Part shown: positions 47,740 through 50,947 of the stretch, piece by piece
Layout: every line of letters begins with the position of its first letter
Numbering within the stretch: position 1 is the first letter of the stretch
From: Chiloscyllium plagiosum
Lineage: Eukaryota
NCBI RefSeq assembly: GCF_004010195.1
Contig: NC_057719.1
Location: forward strand, 94,417,468 to 94,468,414
Direction: 5' to 3'
Length of the DNA stretch: 50,947 bases
Made by a program: the position numbers and the translations under genes
Notes under the pieces: model-generated
Database searches by the model: none
Told to the model about the DNA's origin: nothing
Seen by the model: the letters and a program-made list of their open reading frames with translations, nothing else

Positions 47740-48720
47740 TAGATTACAAAGACTGCATGGTGACAAGGGATGGGAACTGAAAATCTAGGGATTTTCAGTC
47801 TTTAGGAAGGACAGACAAAAAGGAAAAGGCTGTTGAGTTGCATGGCTGATTAAAGAGGAAATTAACACAATAGTGAGGAAGGATGTTAGCTCTGACAATG
47901 TGAAGTCTATATGGATAGAGCTGAGAAGCACTAAGGGCCCAAAAAGTCCATTAGTGAGGGTTCTCTATAGACCCCCAAAATGTGAGGGTGTTGTTGGGAA
48001 TAGCATTAACATGAAACACATGCAATAAAGGAACGTCTGAAATTATTGGTGACTTTAATTGGTGCAAATCAAATTAGAAAAAAAAGCATGGAGAAGGAGT
48101 TCCTGGAATGTAAAGAGGATAGTTTTCTAGACTACTAAGTTGAAGAGCCAACTGGAGAACAGTCCATCCCAGACTGGGTATTGTGTAATGAGAAAGGAAT
48201 AATTGGCAGTCGAGTTGTGTGGTACCTCTTGGCAATAAGTGACCATAATATGATGGAATTCTTCATCAGGATGGAGAGTGACTAGTTGATTCTGAGACTA
48301 GAGTCTGAAATAGAGGTCTGAATAGAGGAAACTGTGATGCTTTGAGGCTCAAGTTGGTTCTGATGGATTGGGCAATATTACCCAAAAGGGTGACAGTGGA
48401 AAGGAAATGAAAGACATTCAGAAAGCACTGTAACAATTGTTATTTCCTCCATTAACATTCCTTAGTTAACATTAACTCGGCTTTCTCTCTACAGGTGCCT
48501 CTAAATCTACTGAGCTTTTCCAGTAATTTCTGATTTTGTTTCTGCTTTCCAGCATCTGGAATTCTTTGGTTAGTTATTTATTCCTGTCAGGCACAAAAGT
48601 AAAGTGGGATGGGTGGCCTGACCATGGCTTACATATTAGAGATAGTATTAGGCCCAGGAAGAGGCACAAAAATTGGCCAGAAAAAATACAACAGAGCTGC
48701 TGAGTGGGAGCAGTTTAGAT
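47740..48720 (+). mobile_element. Decayed CR1 APE endonuclease fragment
   Basis: FRKDR..YRPP..IIGDFN..PTGEQSIPDWVL..SDHNM. Confidence 0.75.
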
Positions 48721-50076
48721 ATAACTGTATAAAGTCACCTCTCAACCTCCTACGTTCCAGGGGAAAAAAAGTATCAGTCTATCCAGCCTATCCTTATAAC
48801 TCAAATCCTCCAGTATTGGTAACATCCTTGTCAATCTTATTTGCACCGTTACCAGTTTAATAACATCCTTCCTATTGCAAAGCATTCAGAATTGCGTGCA
48901 GTATTCCAAATGTGGCTTTACCAATGTCTTTTACAGTCATAACATAACGTTCCAACTCCTGTAGTCAGTGCTCTGACCAATGCTGGCAGATATGCCAAAT
49001 GCCCCCTTCACCACCCTGTCTACCACTTTCATGATACTATGTATCAACATACCCAGGTCCCTACCACTAGCTGTAGAAGTCCTGCCCTTGTTTGTTTTTT
49101 AAAAATGCAACACCTCGCATTTATCCAAATTATAATCCATCTACCACTTCTCGGCCCACAGGCCCAGTTGATCAAGATCCCATTGCACTCTTAGATAACC
49201 TTCTTCACTGTTGATTAAACCTCCAATTTTTGTGTCATCCACAAACTTAATAACCGTGCTTCCTTCATTCTTATCCAAATCATTTATATAAATAATAAAC
49301 AACAGTGGACCCAGTGCTGATCCTTGTGGCACACCACTGGTCGCAAACCTCCCATATGAACAAGAACCCTCTACTGCTACTCTGTTTCCTACCATCAAAT
49401 CAGTTTTATATCCAAATGGCTAGCTCTCCCTGGATCTCAAGTGGTCTAACTTTATTAACCAGGAGAAAGTGACAAGCAGATGTTGGAGATCAGAGTCGAG
49501 AGTGTGGTGCTGGAAAAGCACAGCAGGTCAGGCAACATCCGAGGAGCAAGATAATTGATATTTTGAGCATAAGCCCTTCATCAGGATGAAGGGTTTATAC
49601 CCAATATGTCGATTCTCTTGCTCCTCAGATGCTGCCTGACCTGCTGTGCTTTTCTAGCATGATACTTTCAACCTTATTAACCAGTCTATCATGTGGAACC
49701 TTGTCAAAGGCCTTGCTAAAGTCCATGTAGACAATTATCTTCTTGGTCACCTCTTCAAAAACTCAAAGCAAGTTTGTGAGACATGATTTCCCATGCTCAA
49801 AACCATTCTGACTATATAATATCAGTCCTTGCTTTTCTGAATTCATGTAGATCCTGTCTTTCAGAATCCCCTCCAACAACTTACCCACTACTGATATCAG
49901 GCTCACCAGTCTGTAGTTCCCTGGCTTTAAATTACAGCCTTTCTTCAATAAAGGCACAACATTAGCCGTCCTCCAATTTTCTGGCACCTCACTTGTGGCT
50001 GTCATTGGTACAAGTTTCTCTGCTAGGGGCCACTCAATTTGCCTCCTAGCTTCCCACAGTGTCTAGGATACACTTT
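48721..50076 (-). mobile_element. CR1 RT fragment, interrupted by a family B fold-back
   Basis: NWRTANVVPL..GNYRLVSL..GKSCLTNL; GVPQGSALGPLLF..FVDDTK. Confidence 0.9.
49463..49669. mobile_element. Fold-back family B element (diverged)
   Basis: Arms meet at cttcatc-ag-gatgaag (about 49576-49591); TSD ttattaaccag at 49452-49462 and 49674-49684. Confidence 0.88.
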
Positions 50077-50369
50077 GATTAGATTAGATTCCCTACAGTG
50101 GGGAAACAGGCCCAACAAGTCCACATCGACCCTCCAAAGAGCAACCCACCCAGATCCATTTCCCTCTGACTAATGCACCTAACACTATGGGACAATTTAG
50201 CATTGCCAATTCATCTAACCTGCACATCTTTGTGACTGTGGGAGGAAACCCATGCAGACACGGGGAGAATGTGCAAACTCCACACAGACAGTTGCCTGAG
50301 GTGGGAATTGAACCCGGGTCTCTGGCGCTGTAAGGCAGCAGTGCTAACCACTGTGCCACCATGCTGCCC
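50077..50369 (-). mobile_element. HE1-type V-SINE
   Basis: Homologous to the other HE1 copies; (GATTA)n tail on the + strand. Confidence 0.9.
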
Positions 50370-50494
50370 ATAATGGCAATTTTCTTTCCTGAAGAATGTT
50401 AGTGAACCAGAAGGGTTTTTATTTTTGACAATTGACTCATAGTCATCATTAGATTCTTGATTCTAGATATTTATTGAATTTGAGTTCCACCACC

Positions 50495-50947
50495 TGTGGG
50501 TGTGGGTGTCTGTATGCGCGTCTGTGTGTATGCGAGAGTGTGTGTCTGTCGGAATATCTGTGTGTGTGTGTGTAGTGCAATGGTGATCACCTGTAATGTG
50601 ACATGAACCCAAGGTCCCGGTTGAGGCCCTCCCTATGGAACTTAGCTATTAGCCTCTGCTCGGCCACTTTCCTCTGCTGCCTGTCCCGAAGTCCACCTCC
50701 CAAAGTGACCATCATCCAAGGTGGACTTCGGGACAGGCAGCAGAGGAAAGTGGCTGAGCAGAGGCTGATAGCTAAGTTCGGTACCCATAGGGAGGGCGTC
50801 AACCGGGACTTTGGGTTCATGTCACATTACAGGTGATCACCATTGCACTGCGCGCACACACACACACACTCACATACACACGGACACAGGTACACACAGA
50901 CGCGCACACAGACGCGCACACAGACACTCTCCCACACATGCACCCCC
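50495..50947. mobile_element. Palindromic Penelope fragment (endonuclease C-terminus in inverted duplicate)
   Basis: Arms 50574-50698 / 50719-50849 with a 20-nt spacer, extended outward by (TG)n/(CA)n; both strands encode GGLRDRQQRKVAEQRLIAKF..EG(L/V)NRD(L/F)GFMSHYR; the left arm has a 6-nt deletion. Confidence 0.85.

Overview
AT-rich vertebrate genomic DNA with three assembly gaps. The repeat complement (HE1/V-SINEs, abundant CR1 LINEs, several Penelope-like families) points to a cartilaginous fish (shark); this is inferred from repeat families only. No intact host gene is recognisable, and well over half of the window is decayed, nested transposons. Main observations: (1) About a dozen short Penelope-derived insertions carry a minimal hammerhead-ribozyme motif (CUGANGA-N-stem II-GAAA-CG/GC-UH) in at least three sequence families. 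Many have 11-17 bp target-site duplications. Several are fold-back palindromes whose centre lies at the ribozyme's 5' edge, one with perfectly complementary 99-bp arms. (2) A disrupted minus-strand LTR retrotransposon at 21.8-32.4 kb has a tRNA-Pro-like PBS, a SCAN-like gag, and integrase upstream of RT (Gmr1-type order). (3) There are also a Tc2/pogo-like MITE, solo LTRs, Rex1, L2 and RTE relics, a 23-bp minisatellite and a few weak candidate host exons. Family names come from motif recognition, not database searches, and boundaries of old repeats are approximate.
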